NCBI RefSeq assembly: GCF_009727955.1
Contig: NZ_WOBR01000004.1
Coordinates: 23,849-55,848 of the forward strand
Length of the DNA stretch: 32,000 bases
Direction: 5' to 3'
Origin: Aliivibrio fischeri
GTDB taxonomy: Bacteria > Pseudomonadota > Gammaproteobacteria > Enterobacterales > Vibrionaceae
Shown: piece by piece, positions 1 through 8,212 of the stretch
Layout: each line of letters opens with the position of its first letter
How positions within the stretch are numbered: the stretch's first letter is position 1
Translations under genes and position numbers: made by a program
Notes under the pieces: model-generated
The model's database searches: none
Seen by the model: only the letters and a program-made list of their open reading frames with translations
What the model was told of the DNA's origin: nothing

Positions 1-11
1 TCAAAATATCA

Positions 12-41
12 GTTAAGCTTTCAGTATTTATGCCGTTATAA
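12..41 (+). promoter_or_regulatory. sigma28 (FliA)-type promoter of flagellin paralog 1
   Basis: GTTAAG(12-17)-N14-GCCGTTAT(32-39)AA compared with the class IV consensus as I recall it (CTAAAG-N14-GCCGATAA). The -10 element ends 35 nt upstream of the ATG at 74. Confidence 0.6.
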
Positions 42-73
42 CTATTAAGATGAAAATAAATTAAGAGATTGTT

Positions 74-1207
74 ATGTCTGTAACGGTAAACACCAATGTG
101 TCTGCAATGACGGCACAGCGATATTTAAATCAAGCAACAGAACACTTAAACCAATCAATGGAACGCCTTTCGTCAGGTAAAAGAATTAATAGTGCGAAAG
201 ATGATGCGGCTGGTTTGCAAATATCAAATCGTTTGAAATCTCAAATGAGTGGTTTGGATGTGGCGGTTCGTAATGCGAATGACGGTATTTCAATTGCACA
301 AACAGCAGAAGGTGCAATGAATGAAAGTACTAATATTTTGCAACGTATGCGCGATTTAGCACTACAGTCTTCTAATGGTTCTAATACGTTACAGGACAGA
401 CAAGCAATTCAAGAAGAAGCGGATGCACTTAACGATGAATTAAATCGTATTGCAGAAACCACTTCTTTTGGTGGCCGACGTTTGTTGAATGGTCAGTTTG
501 GTACATCGACCTTTCAGATTGGTGCCAATGCGGGTGAAGCGGTTCAACTTACTTTAGGTAGTATGCGTTCAGATACACTAGCGATGGGTGGGTTTCATTA
601 CACATCTCAAAACCAATTAAACAAAGGTTGGACAGTACCAGAAGGTGGTCAAACGCTTACCATGTCATTTAATGATGAAAATGGTAAAACTCAAGAAATC
701 ACGATTGAAGCGAAAGCGGGTGATGATATTGAGGAATTGGCAACGTATATCAATGGGCAGAACGATACTGTTCAAGCTTCTGTTGATGAGAATGGCCAAT
801 TACAGTTATTTACCGCAGGTGATTTAGTCTCAAGTGCGGTGACATTTGGAGGATCACTCTCTGCTGAATTAGCCATTGGTGGTGCTGTATTTGATACTGT
901 TAATGATTTAGACCTAACGAGTGTTGGTGGCTCACAACGTGCTATTGCAACTTTAGATGCAGCAATGGGGTTTGTTGATAAAGAACGAGCAACGTTAGGC
1001 GCTTTCCAAAACCGCTTTGACCATGCTATCAATAACTTGAATAATATTCATGAAAATGTTGCTGCGTCAAACAGTCGTATTGAAGACACAGATTTTGCTA
1101 AAGAAACGGTTGAGATGATGAAAGCTCAAATCTTACAGCAAGTAAGCTCAACGGTACTAGCACAAGCAAAACAAGCACCAGATATTGCTTTAAAACTGCT
1201 TGGTTAA
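74..1207 (+). CDS. polar flagellin, paralog 1 (most divergent of the four)
   Basis: 377 aa. The N-terminus [19 protein letters not shown]...[15 protein letters not shown] and the C-terminus ...[12 protein letters not shown]...[17 protein letters not shown] are canonical flagellin D0/D1 helices. The central domain is variable. A promoter lies upstream and a terminator downstream. Confidence 0.96.
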   Translation: MSVTVNTNVSAMTAQRYLNQATEHLNQSMERLSSGKRINSAKDDAAGLQISNRLKSQMSGLDVAVRNANDGISIAQTAEGAMNESTNILQRMRDLALQSSNGSNTLQDRQAIQEEADALNDELNRIAETTSFGGRRLLNGQFGTSTFQIGANAGEAVQLTLGSMRSDTLAMGGFHYTSQNQLNKGWTVPEGGQTLTMSFNDENGKTQEITIEAKAGDDIEELATYINGQNDTVQASVDENGQLQLFTAGDLVSSAVTFGGSLSAELAIGGAVFDTVNDLDLTSVGGSQRAIATLDAAMGFVDKERATLGAFQNRFDHAINNLNNIHENVAASNSRIEDTDFAKETVEMMKAQILQQVSSTVLAQAKQAPDIALKLLG

Positions 1208-1236
1208 CTTATACCAATCGACATAACTATTTTTTA

Positions 1237-1263
1237 AACCAGCAATCATTGCTGGTTTTTTTT
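1237..1263 (+). terminator. rho-independent terminator after flagellin 1
   Basis: AACCAGCAA / TTGCTGGTT stem with a short loop, followed by a run of 8 T. Confidence 0.85.
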
Positions 1264-1475
1264 CGTCTAAAGAAAATAAAGTAGCTAAAGCGAAATAAAT
1301 AAAGAAATAAGGAGCTAAATCTAAAGGAAGAGGTGGCTAAATCCCTTTTGCATCAAGGTTCTGGCTAATACTTGGTCAAAAGCAAAAAAACTTTAGCTAT
1401 TTTTTAGTCAATTGTAAAAAACTTTGAAGCACGATCATAGTTCATAAAGTAATCATCTATTTTATAAATAAATCG

Positions 1476-1503
1476 ATAAAGGTTTATTTTTAACCGTCGT
1501 TAA
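1476..1503 (+). promoter_or_regulatory. sigma28-type promoter of flagellin paralog 2
   Basis: ATAAAG(1476-1481)-N14-GTCGTTAA(1496-1503). It is followed by GTTAAGTATCA, which also follows the flagellin 3 promoter. Confidence 0.6.
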
Positions 1504-1605
1504 GTTAAGTATCAGGCACTAATAGCAATCAATTTAGTGTCGAATAATAAAGCTCAGTTTTCCGAACTACGGAAAACAATCGGAAAACTAAACGGAGATA
1601 CCACT

Positions 1606-2739
1606 ATGTCGATTACAGTAAATACTAACGTATCAGCAATGACAGCTCAGCGTTACTTGAACAATGCAACGGATGGCGTGAATCAATCAATGGAACGTCT
1701 ATCTTCTGGCTTTAAGATTAACAGTGCAAAAGATGATGCTGCTGGCCTACAGATTTCAAACCGTTTGACGTCACAATCTCGTGGTTTAGATGTAGCTGTA
1801 CGCAATGCAAACGATGGTATTTCAATTGCACAAACTGCTGAAGGTGCAATGAATGAGTCAACAAACATCTTACAACGTATGCGTGACTTATCACTACAAT
1901 CTGCAAACGGTTCAAATACAACTTCTGATCGTGAAGCGATTCAACAAGAAGTTGGTGCGCTTAATGATGAGCTGAACCGTATTGCTGAAACAACCTCTTT
2001 CGGTGGTTCTCGTCTTCTTAATGGTCAATTTGGTACTAAATCATTCCAAATCGGTGCTGATTCAGGTGAAGCGGTAATGCTTAGCCTTAACAACATGCGT
2101 TCAGACTCTGCATCAATGGGCGGAACAAGCTATAAAGCAGAAACGGCACTGGGTGGTGATTGGGCTGTAAATGCTGAGAAATCAGAATTGACTGTTTCTT
2201 ATGTAAACCGTGCAGGTGAAGAGAAAGAGTTAACGATTAATGCTAAGTCTGGTGATGATATTGAGCAAGTAGCGACTTACATCAATGGTCAAACAGATGC
2301 GGTTAATGCGTCAGTATCAGAAAATGGTGAGCTACAAATTGTAACCTCTAACGATAAAGTTCAAGGTGAAGTTAAATTTGGTGGTTCATTAGCTGGTGAA
2401 CTGAATATGGGTGCAGCGCAAGCTGAGACGGTTAAGAGCATCGACGTAACTACGGTAGGTGGTTCTCAGAAGGCTGTGGCTATTCTTGATGCAGCAATGC
2501 AATTTGTTGATTCAAATCGTGCTGACTTAGGTGCATTCCAAAACCGCTTTAGCCATGCGATAAACAACTTAGATAACATTAATGAAAATGTTTCTGCATC
2601 TAATAGCCGAATTAAAGATGTAGATTTTGCTAAAGAAACAACAGAGATGACGAAATCTCAGATTCTTCAACAAGCAAGTTCTTCTATTTTAGCTCAAGCT
2701 AAGCAAGCACCTAACGCTGCTCTTGGTCTATTACGCTAA
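1606..2739 (+). CDS. polar flagellin, paralog 2
   Basis: The ORF track starts at 1537. I call the ATG at 1606 because [19 protein letters not shown] is the conserved flagellin N-terminus and the SD GGAGA sits at 1594-1598. The predicted sigma28 promoter at 1476-1503 lies upstream of both candidates, so promoter position does not discriminate between them. The product is 377 aa. Confidence 0.95.
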   Translation: MSITVNTNVSAMTAQRYLNNATDGVNQSMERLSSGFKINSAKDDAAGLQISNRLTSQSRGLDVAVRNANDGISIAQTAEGAMNESTNILQRMRDLSLQSANGSNTTSDREAIQQEVGALNDELNRIAETTSFGGSRLLNGQFGTKSFQIGADSGEAVMLSLNNMRSDSASMGGTSYKAETALGGDWAVNAEKSELTVSYVNRAGEEKELTINAKSGDDIEQVATYINGQTDAVNASVSENGELQIVTSNDKVQGEVKFGGSLAGELNMGAAQAETVKSIDVTTVGGSQKAVAILDAAMQFVDSNRADLGAFQNRFSHAINNLDNINENVSASNSRIKDVDFAKETTEMTKSQILQQASSSILAQAKQAPNAALGLLR

Positions 2740-2792
2740 TTTATTAGGCGATTTAAATAACTTCTAAGGTAATAGTGCTCTCACACTATGCC

Positions 2793-2821
2793 AAAGCCGG
2801 GGCTTGCCTCGGCTTTTTTTG
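2793..2821 (+). terminator. rho-independent terminator after flagellin 2
   Basis: AAGCCGGGG-cttg-CCTCGGCTT stem (9 bp, one G-U pair) followed by T7. Confidence 0.85.
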
Positions 2822-2923
2822 TTTATAAAACCATCAATAAATATCTATTTCTCTCTAAATTAGGTGATTTTCCTCACGTTTTATCTGGGATTTAAATTAT
2901 TTTCGTTTTTTTTGCATTTTTCT

Positions 2924-2951
2924 CTAAAGAGTTTCCGATTGCGAGCGATAA
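2924..2951 (+). promoter_or_regulatory. distal sigma28-like promoter upstream of flagellin 3 (candidate)
   Basis: CTAAAG(2924-2929)-N14-AGCGATAA(2944-2951). The -35 is perfect and the -10 matches 6 of 8 positions. Confidence 0.4.
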
Positions 2952-3029
2952 CTTAATTACAAGGCACAGTGACTAAGAAAAAGCTTAAAAATTCTTAAAA
3001 AAGAAAAGCTTAAAAAATTAAAAGTTTTT

Positions 3030-3057
3030 CTAAAGTAATTTGAAAGTAGGTCGCTAA
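3030..3057 (+). promoter_or_regulatory. proximal sigma28-type promoter of flagellin paralog 3
   Basis: CTAAAG(3030-3035)-N14-GTCGCTAA(3050-3057), followed by GTTAAGTATCA as in paralog 2. Confidence 0.65.
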
Positions 3058-3134
3058 GTTAAGTATCAACGATGAACAATACGGTTACCGGTCCAGGAGC
3101 GGAGTGATTCGGAACCAAAGTGGAGAAATAAATT

Positions 3135-4262
3135 ATGTCTATCAATGTAAACACAAACGTATCAGCAATGACAGCACAGCGTTACCTAAGCAACGCAACT
3201 AACGACCTAAACAGCTCAATGGAGCGTTTGTCTTCAGGTCTTAAAATTAACAGTGCTAAAGATGATGCAGCGGGTCTACAAATTTCAAACCGTTTAACAT
3301 CTCAAACTCGTGGTTTAGATGTTGCAGTTCGAAATGCAAATGATGGTATCTCAATGGCGCAAACTGCTGAAGGTGCGATGAACGAAACAACGAACATCCT
3401 TCAACGTATGCGTGATTTATCACTTCAATCAGCTAACGGTTCAAATACACATGCAGACCGTACAGCGATTCAAGAAGAAGTGGTTGCTTTGAATGACGAA
3501 TTAAACCGTATTGCAGAAACAACATCGTTCGGTGGCTCACGCCTACTTAACGGCCAGTTCGGTACTAAATCTTTCCAAATCGGTTCAGATTCAGGTGAAG
3601 CGGTAATGCTTACTCTGAACAACATGCGCTCTGATACAACAGCGATGGGTGGTTCTACTTACTCAGCGACTGAAGGTAAAGATTCAAACTGGAAAGTGGG
3701 TGCTGAAAATACAGAATTAACAATGAACTTTGTTGATAGCAAAGGTGAAGAACAAAACATCACTATCAATGCAAAAGCTGGTGACGACATTGAAGAAGTA
3801 GCAACTTACATCAATGGTCAAAGCGATGCAGTAAATGCTTCTGTAACTGAAGACGGCAAATTACAAATTTTTGCAGCAGCAGATGCAACTGATATTGAAT
3901 TCAGTGGTTCATTAAGCAATGAACTGGGTATGGGTAATAAAGTATCTGACACAGTTAAGAGCATCGATGTAACAACCGTTGGTGGTTCACAAAAAGCAGT
4001 AGCAATTCTTGATTCAGCAATGCAATACGTTGATTCAAACCGTGCTGATTTAGGTGCTTTCCAAAACCGTTTCAACCACGCTATTAACAACTTAGAAAAC
4101 ATTAACGAGAACGTGAATGCGTCTAACAGCCAAATCAAAGATGTTGATTTTGCTAAAGAAACGACAGCAATGACGAAATCTCAAATCCTGCAACAAGCGA
4201 GCTCGTCTATTCTTGCTCAAGCTAAGCAGGCACCAAATGCAGCATTAGGCCTGTTGGGCTAA
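3135..4262 (+). CDS. polar flagellin, paralog 3
   Basis: 375 aa. [19 protein letters not shown]... with conserved D0/D1 termini. SD GGAGA lies at 3122-3126. Confidence 0.96.
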   Translation: MSINVNTNVSAMTAQRYLSNATNDLNSSMERLSSGLKINSAKDDAAGLQISNRLTSQTRGLDVAVRNANDGISMAQTAEGAMNETTNILQRMRDLSLQSANGSNTHADRTAIQEEVVALNDELNRIAETTSFGGSRLLNGQFGTKSFQIGSDSGEAVMLTLNNMRSDTTAMGGSTYSATEGKDSNWKVGAENTELTMNFVDSKGEEQNITINAKAGDDIEEVATYINGQSDAVNASVTEDGKLQIFAAADATDIEFSGSLSNELGMGNKVSDTVKSIDVTTVGGSQKAVAILDSAMQYVDSNRADLGAFQNRFNHAINNLENINENVNASNSQIKDVDFAKETTAMTKSQILQQASSSILAQAKQAPNAALGLLG

Positions 4263-4506
4263 TCAGCATAGTAAACACTTGTGAGAATGTGAGCTTATGC
4301 CATCTGCAAAGTTCAATCCCAACAGGTTATAAGTGAGTCTGACTTACTTTATAAAAATTAAACTTAGGCTATCTCGCGATGTATTTTGTAGAGGTGAGAG
4401 TCTACAAAGTATATAGAGATACGCTTTTAAATATATGTGAGAAACAATGGCTGGGGCGGAGGATGAGACCAAACCACCATTGCACTTTCCCTTAGGAGAT
4501 CTATTT

Positions 4507-5643
4507 ATGTCTATTACAGTAAATACTAACGTATCAGCAATGACTGCACAGCGTTACTTAAACAGCGCAACTGATGGCGTTAACCAATCTATGGAACGTC
4601 TATCATCTGGTAGCAAAATCAACAGTGCTAAAGATGACGCAGCTGGTCTACAAATCTCTAACCGTCTAAACACGCAAACTCGTGGTCTAGACGTAGCGGT
4701 TCGTAACGCAAACGACGGCATCTCTATGATGCAAACTGCTGAAGGCGCAATGAAAGAGACTTCAAACATCCTTTCTCGTGTACGTGACCTAGCACTGCAA
4801 TCGTCAAATGGTTCAAACACTGACGCTGACCGTCAAGCGATCCAACAAGAAGTTACGGCTCTTTCTGACGAAATGAACCGTATCGCTGAAACAACTTCTT
4901 TCGGTGGCACACGTCTACTTAACGGTAACTTCGGTACTAAATCTTTCCAAGTTGGTGCTGATTCAGGTGAAGCAGTAATGCTTACTCTAAACAACCTACG
5001 TGCAGACGAAGCAAACATGGGTGGTAAAACATTCACAGCTTCTGAAGGTGTTGCTGCTGGTTGGACTGCTGGTAAAGATGCAAACATGACTATCACAATC
5101 GCTGATAAGAATGGTGAAGAGCAAGCTATCGAAATCAACGCTAAAGCTGGCGACGATATCGAAGAAGTTGCAACATACATCAACGGTCAAACTGACAAAG
5201 TTAGCGCTTCTGTTGGCGAAGATGGCAAACTACAAGTATTCGCAGCTAAAGACGTTGCAGAAGGCGAAATCAGCTTCTCTGGTGCTCTAGCTAAAGAAAC
5301 TGGTATGGCTGATGCTGAAGTTGCAAACAAAACTGTTGGCAACATCGACGTAACTACAGTTGCTGGTTCTCAAAACGCAGTAGCAGTTGTTGACGCAGCA
5401 ATGAAATTTGTTGATAGTCACCGTTCTGAACTAGGTGCTGCTCAAAACCGTATGGGTCACACAATCAGCAACTTAGACAACATTAACGAAAACGTTTCTG
5501 CTTCTAAGAGCCAAATCAAAGACGTTGATTTCGCGAAAGAAACAACTGAAATGACTAAGTCTCAAATCCTACAGCAAGCAAGTTCTTCTATCCTTGCTCA
5601 AGCTAAGCAAGCGCCAAACGCTGCTCTAGGTCTATTACGTTAA
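4507..5643 (+). CDS. polar flagellin, paralog 4 (strongest codon bias; probably a major filament subunit)
   Basis: The ORF track starts at 4447. I call the ATG at 4507 because of the conserved [10 protein letters not shown]-terminus and the SD AGGAGA at 4494-4499. The product is 378 aa. It uses NNC and CTA codons where paralog 1 uses NNT and TTG at homologous positions. Confidence 0.95.
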   Translation: MSITVNTNVSAMTAQRYLNSATDGVNQSMERLSSGSKINSAKDDAAGLQISNRLNTQTRGLDVAVRNANDGISMMQTAEGAMKETSNILSRVRDLALQSSNGSNTDADRQAIQQEVTALSDEMNRIAETTSFGGTRLLNGNFGTKSFQVGADSGEAVMLTLNNLRADEANMGGKTFTASEGVAAGWTAGKDANMTITIADKNGEEQAIEINAKAGDDIEEVATYINGQTDKVSASVGEDGKLQVFAAKDVAEGEISFSGALAKETGMADAEVANKTVGNIDVTTVAGSQNAVAVVDAAMKFVDSHRSELGAAQNRMGHTISNLDNINENVSASKSQIKDVDFAKETTEMTKSQILQQASSSILAQAKQAPNAALGLLR

Positions 5644-5713
5644 TCGTTGATTAATTGATAATACTAAAATAGGTAGGTGGGCGGCTTCATCGTCTACCCA
5701 CTTACTGAAATAT

Positions 5714-5746
5714 GACAGCAGGACCGCTCCTCTTGCTGTCTTTTTT
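5714..5746 (+). terminator. rho-independent terminator after flagellin 4
   Basis: GACAGCAGGA-ccgctcc-TCTTGCTGTC stem (10 bp, one G-U pair) followed by T6. A second hairpin, GTAGGTGGG...CCCACTTAC, precedes it at 5673-5705. Confidence 0.8.
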
Positions 5747-5766
5747 CGTATTAGGAGGAAAATACT

Positions 5767-6186
5767 ATGGATTCATCATTTGTATCTTCAACAATCCACT
5801 CCACACCCCCTTCAAATAACGGCACGCAAATTGCTAGTTCTAATGTGCAACCAGCATCATCTGTTTATGTAGATAACAAAGCATCGCTTATCGAAGGTAC
5901 AGAACCTTTAACCGCTAGCGAAGCCATTGTTGCAGAAGCAGAACAAAAGCTTGAAACGAAAAAGAAAGAAGCACTTCATAAAGCAGTAGAAGAGCTTAAT
6001 GAATACGTTAAAAGCATGGATCGAGGACTATCGTTTCGCCTAGATGAAGAGTCAGGGCGGCAGGTTATTACCGTTTTTGAAGTCAGCAGCGGTGATATCA
6101 TTCGACAAATTCCCGATGAAAAGATGTTGGAAGTTGCTAGAGATTTAGCTGCCAGTGCATCTGGATTGATAGCTGAGAGGATTTAA
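5767..6186 (+). CDS. flaG: FlaG family flagellar protein
   Basis: 139 aa, with SD AGGAGG at 5753-5758. The position between the last flagellin and fliD is typical. The C-terminal LSFRLDEESGRQVITVFEVSSGDIIRQIP resembles the FlaG signature. Confidence 0.85.
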   Translation: MDSSFVSSTIHSTPPSNNGTQIASSNVQPASSVYVDNKASLIEGTEPLTASEAIVAEAEQKLETKKKEALHKAVEELNEYVKSMDRGLSFRLDEESGRQVITVFEVSSGDIIRQIPDEKMLEVARDLAASASGLIAERI

Positions 6187-6210
6187 ACCGTTAATTGAGG
6201 AAAGCGATTC

Positions 6211-8181
6211 ATGAGTGTTAGCCCGATGGGGATGGGTGGTGGCCTAGATATTAATTCTATGGTGAGCAAAATAGTTGAAAGCGAGCGCTTACCTAAGCAG
6301 CAGCGCATCGACCGTGAACGTTCAGACATAGATACTAATATTAGTGGTTACGGCCGTCTGCAAGAATCATTAGATACCATGAAGAATCTTATGACGACTT
6401 TCCGTCAAGACGACACATTTGCATCGAGAACTATCTCAAGTAGTGATGAAGATGTAGTTAGTGCTACGGCGAGCCCTGATGCACTTGCGGGTCGTTATAC
6501 TATTGACGTTTTACAACTTGCTCAAGCTCAAAAGCTAGCATCGTCTCCTATTCGTGATGATGCTAAATTTGGCCCGGGTAAATTAGAAATATCGCTAGGT
6601 AAGAAATCATTTACCATCGATGTTGTCGGCCAAAATAATAAAATTACTGACATTTTAAAACAGATTAACAGTGCACCTTCAAATCCAGGTGTGCAAGCTT
6701 CTATCGTAAAAGACGATGGTGGCTCTCGTTTAATTCTCGCATCTGATAAGCCAGGCGAAAGTAATAAAGTTAAAATTGAAGTTGATGCAAAATACAATAA
6801 CCAATTGCATCGATTTGCGTTTAACCCTGACTTTGATCCAACGGTATCAACGAAGTTTGATATTCCAACATTGCTTCAATATCAGCAAGTGCCTGAAGTT
6901 GCCGCTCAACAAGTTCGTGAGCCAATTACAGAGCAAGAAGTACCAGAGCTGAGTGACGAAGAAAAATACGCTTACTTTAAACCTTTAATTGATTATGCCA
7001 ATCGTGAATTAGCTCGTGAAGAAAAAGCAGCTAAAGAAATCATGATGCAGCAAGAAGCAACAGCGGCATTAGCGACGTTAGAAGATCCAACCGATCCAAC
7101 ATCTGGCATGTCAGGATGGAGTGAGCGAACTGCAGGAACACTGCAAGCGGCACTTCCAAATGAAGATGAAAAGATTGAATTAGCTAAAGCGGCAAAGCAA
7201 GGCGATCAAGATGCAGCTGAAGCACTTGCAGAAATTGGACAAACGCCAGATACAGTTTTCCAAGCTGCGGGCATTACTTATGAAGCGCCTCAGAAAGAAG
7301 CACCGAAAAAAGAAATTGTTGATATAGCAAAAGAAAAAGTAGAAAAACTGCCGCCAACAATTAAAGAAATAGCAAAAGAAAAATTAGAACCGATTGAAAA
7401 GGTTGTAGAGACCATTAAACCAGAAGGTCCACGCAAACCTTTATATTCTGGTCTTCAAGAAGTTCAATCGGCAAGCAGTGCAAAAGTGGTCTTGGATGGC
7501 GTTGCAAGAATAAGCAGTGACACCAATGTTATTCAAGATGCGGTTCAAGGTGTTGATATCACTTTAAAAGGTACAACAGCTGAAGCAAGTAAGCGTATCG
7601 ATTTAGATGTGCAGTTTGATAGAGATACTGTAAAAGCTGCTATCGAACAATTTGTTAATACTTACAATCAGTTCTATGAAACCACTAAAGCATTGAGTGG
7701 TTTTGATCCGGCAACAGGTCAAAGTGGTCCTCTTGCGGGAGACAGTGTCGTGCGTTCGGCTGAGTCTCGTTTAAAATCTGTGTTTGTCGCGCCAGTCGAA
7801 TCAGCGCCTACAGGGATAAAAACTCTGATAGAGCTTGGTATTTCAACAACTCGACAAGGCACACTTGAAATAAATCAGTCAATGTTAGATCGTCAATTGA
7901 ATGAAAATTTCAGTCAATTGCATACCTTCTTTGGTGGCTCAAAAGGTTTTGCAAAAAAGGTTGAAGACGTTATTCAAAGTATGACAGGGGTGAGTGGTCC
8001 AATTCGTACGCGAATGAATACGATGCGAGATCAAAACTATCGTCTTAATGATCAGCAGGTTGATTTAGATCGCCGAATGGAAAGTCTTCAAGAACGTACG
8101 CGTAATAAATTTGCCAATATGCAAGATGTAACCGGAAAAATGAAAGCGCAGTTATCAGGTATGATGAATGCGTTGGGTTAA
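6211..8181 (+). CDS. fliD: flagellar filament cap protein FliD (FlaH)
   Basis: 656 aa. The N-terminal GLDINSMVSKIVESERLPKQQRIDRE and the C-terminal coiled coil ...LDRRMESLQERTRNKFANMQ are FliD N and C domains. A long charged central insertion is present. Confidence 0.93.
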   Translation: MSVSPMGMGGGLDINSMVSKIVESERLPKQQRIDRERSDIDTNISGYGRLQESLDTMKNLMTTFRQDDTFASRTISSSDEDVVSATASPDALAGRYTIDVLQLAQAQKLASSPIRDDAKFGPGKLEISLGKKSFTIDVVGQNNKITDILKQINSAPSNPGVQASIVKDDGGSRLILASDKPGESNKVKIEVDAKYNNQLHRFAFNPDFDPTVSTKFDIPTLLQYQQVPEVAAQQVREPITEQEVPELSDEEKYAYFKPLIDYANRELAREEKAAKEIMMQQEATAALATLEDPTDPTSGMSGWSERTAGTLQAALPNEDEKIELAKAAKQGDQDAAEALAEIGQTPDTVFQAAGITYEAPQKEAPKKEIVDIAKEKVEKLPPTIKEIAKEKLEPIEKVVETIKPEGPRKPLYSGLQEVQSASSAKVVLDGVARISSDTNVIQDAVQGVDITLKGTTAEASKRIDLDVQFDRDTVKAAIEQFVNTYNQFYETTKALSGFDPATGQSGPLAGDSVVRSAESRLKSVFVAPVESAPTGIKTLIELGISTTRQGTLEINQSMLDRQLNENFSQLHTFFGGSKGFAKKVEDVIQSMTGVSGPIRTRMNTMRDQNYRLNDQQVDLDRRMESLQERTRNKFANMQDVTGKMKAQLSGMMNALG

Positions 8182-8212
8182 TGCTGCCTTGTTATTGGTA
8201 TAGAGGTTACCG

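Noticed and set aside
1266-1326. Three CTAAAG hexamers (1266, 1285, 1321) considered as extra sigma28 promoters.
   Set aside because: None has a GCCGATAA-like -10 element 14 nt downstream. The 8-mers at those positions are TAAAGCGA, GAAATAAG and ATCCCTTT. I kept them only as part of the repeated-motif observation.
1333-1368. An 11-codon mini-ORF (GTG...TAA, VAKSLLHQGSG) behind AAGGAAGAG in the flagellin 1-2 spacer.
   Set aside because: It is too short, has a non-ATG start with cramped SD spacing, and no conservation evidence is available. It cannot be supported from the sequence alone.
1537-1605. N-terminal extensions offered by the ORF track for flagellin 2 (from 1537), flagellin 4 (from 4447) and flrB (from 10719).
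   Set aside because: The extensions precede the universally conserved flagellin N-terminus MSITVNTNV and have no SD. For flrB, the upstream ATG lies between the -24 and -12 promoter elements, so it would not be transcribed from that promoter.
4330-4346. Possible terminator after flagellin 3 (TAAGT-gagtctg-ACTTA).
   Set aside because: The stem is only 5 bp and AT-rich, and it has no proper U-tract. This is not convincing as an intrinsic terminator.
4469-4484. TTGCA at 4480-4484 considered as the -12 element of a sigma54 promoter for flagellin 4.
   Set aside because: The -24 position holds CA instead of the required GG. No other GG-N10-GC pair exists in the spacer.
772-5190. Minus-strand and alternate-frame ORFs inside the flagellin genes (772-1032, 1683-1868, 1718-1921, 3818-4138, 4554-4820, 4833-5183, 4996-5190; also 645-827 on the + strand).
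   Set aside because: They lie wholly within strongly supported flagellin CDSs. Their composition is low-complexity or odd (S/A/P/C-rich), they have no SD and they resemble no family I recognise. They are typical shadow ORFs.
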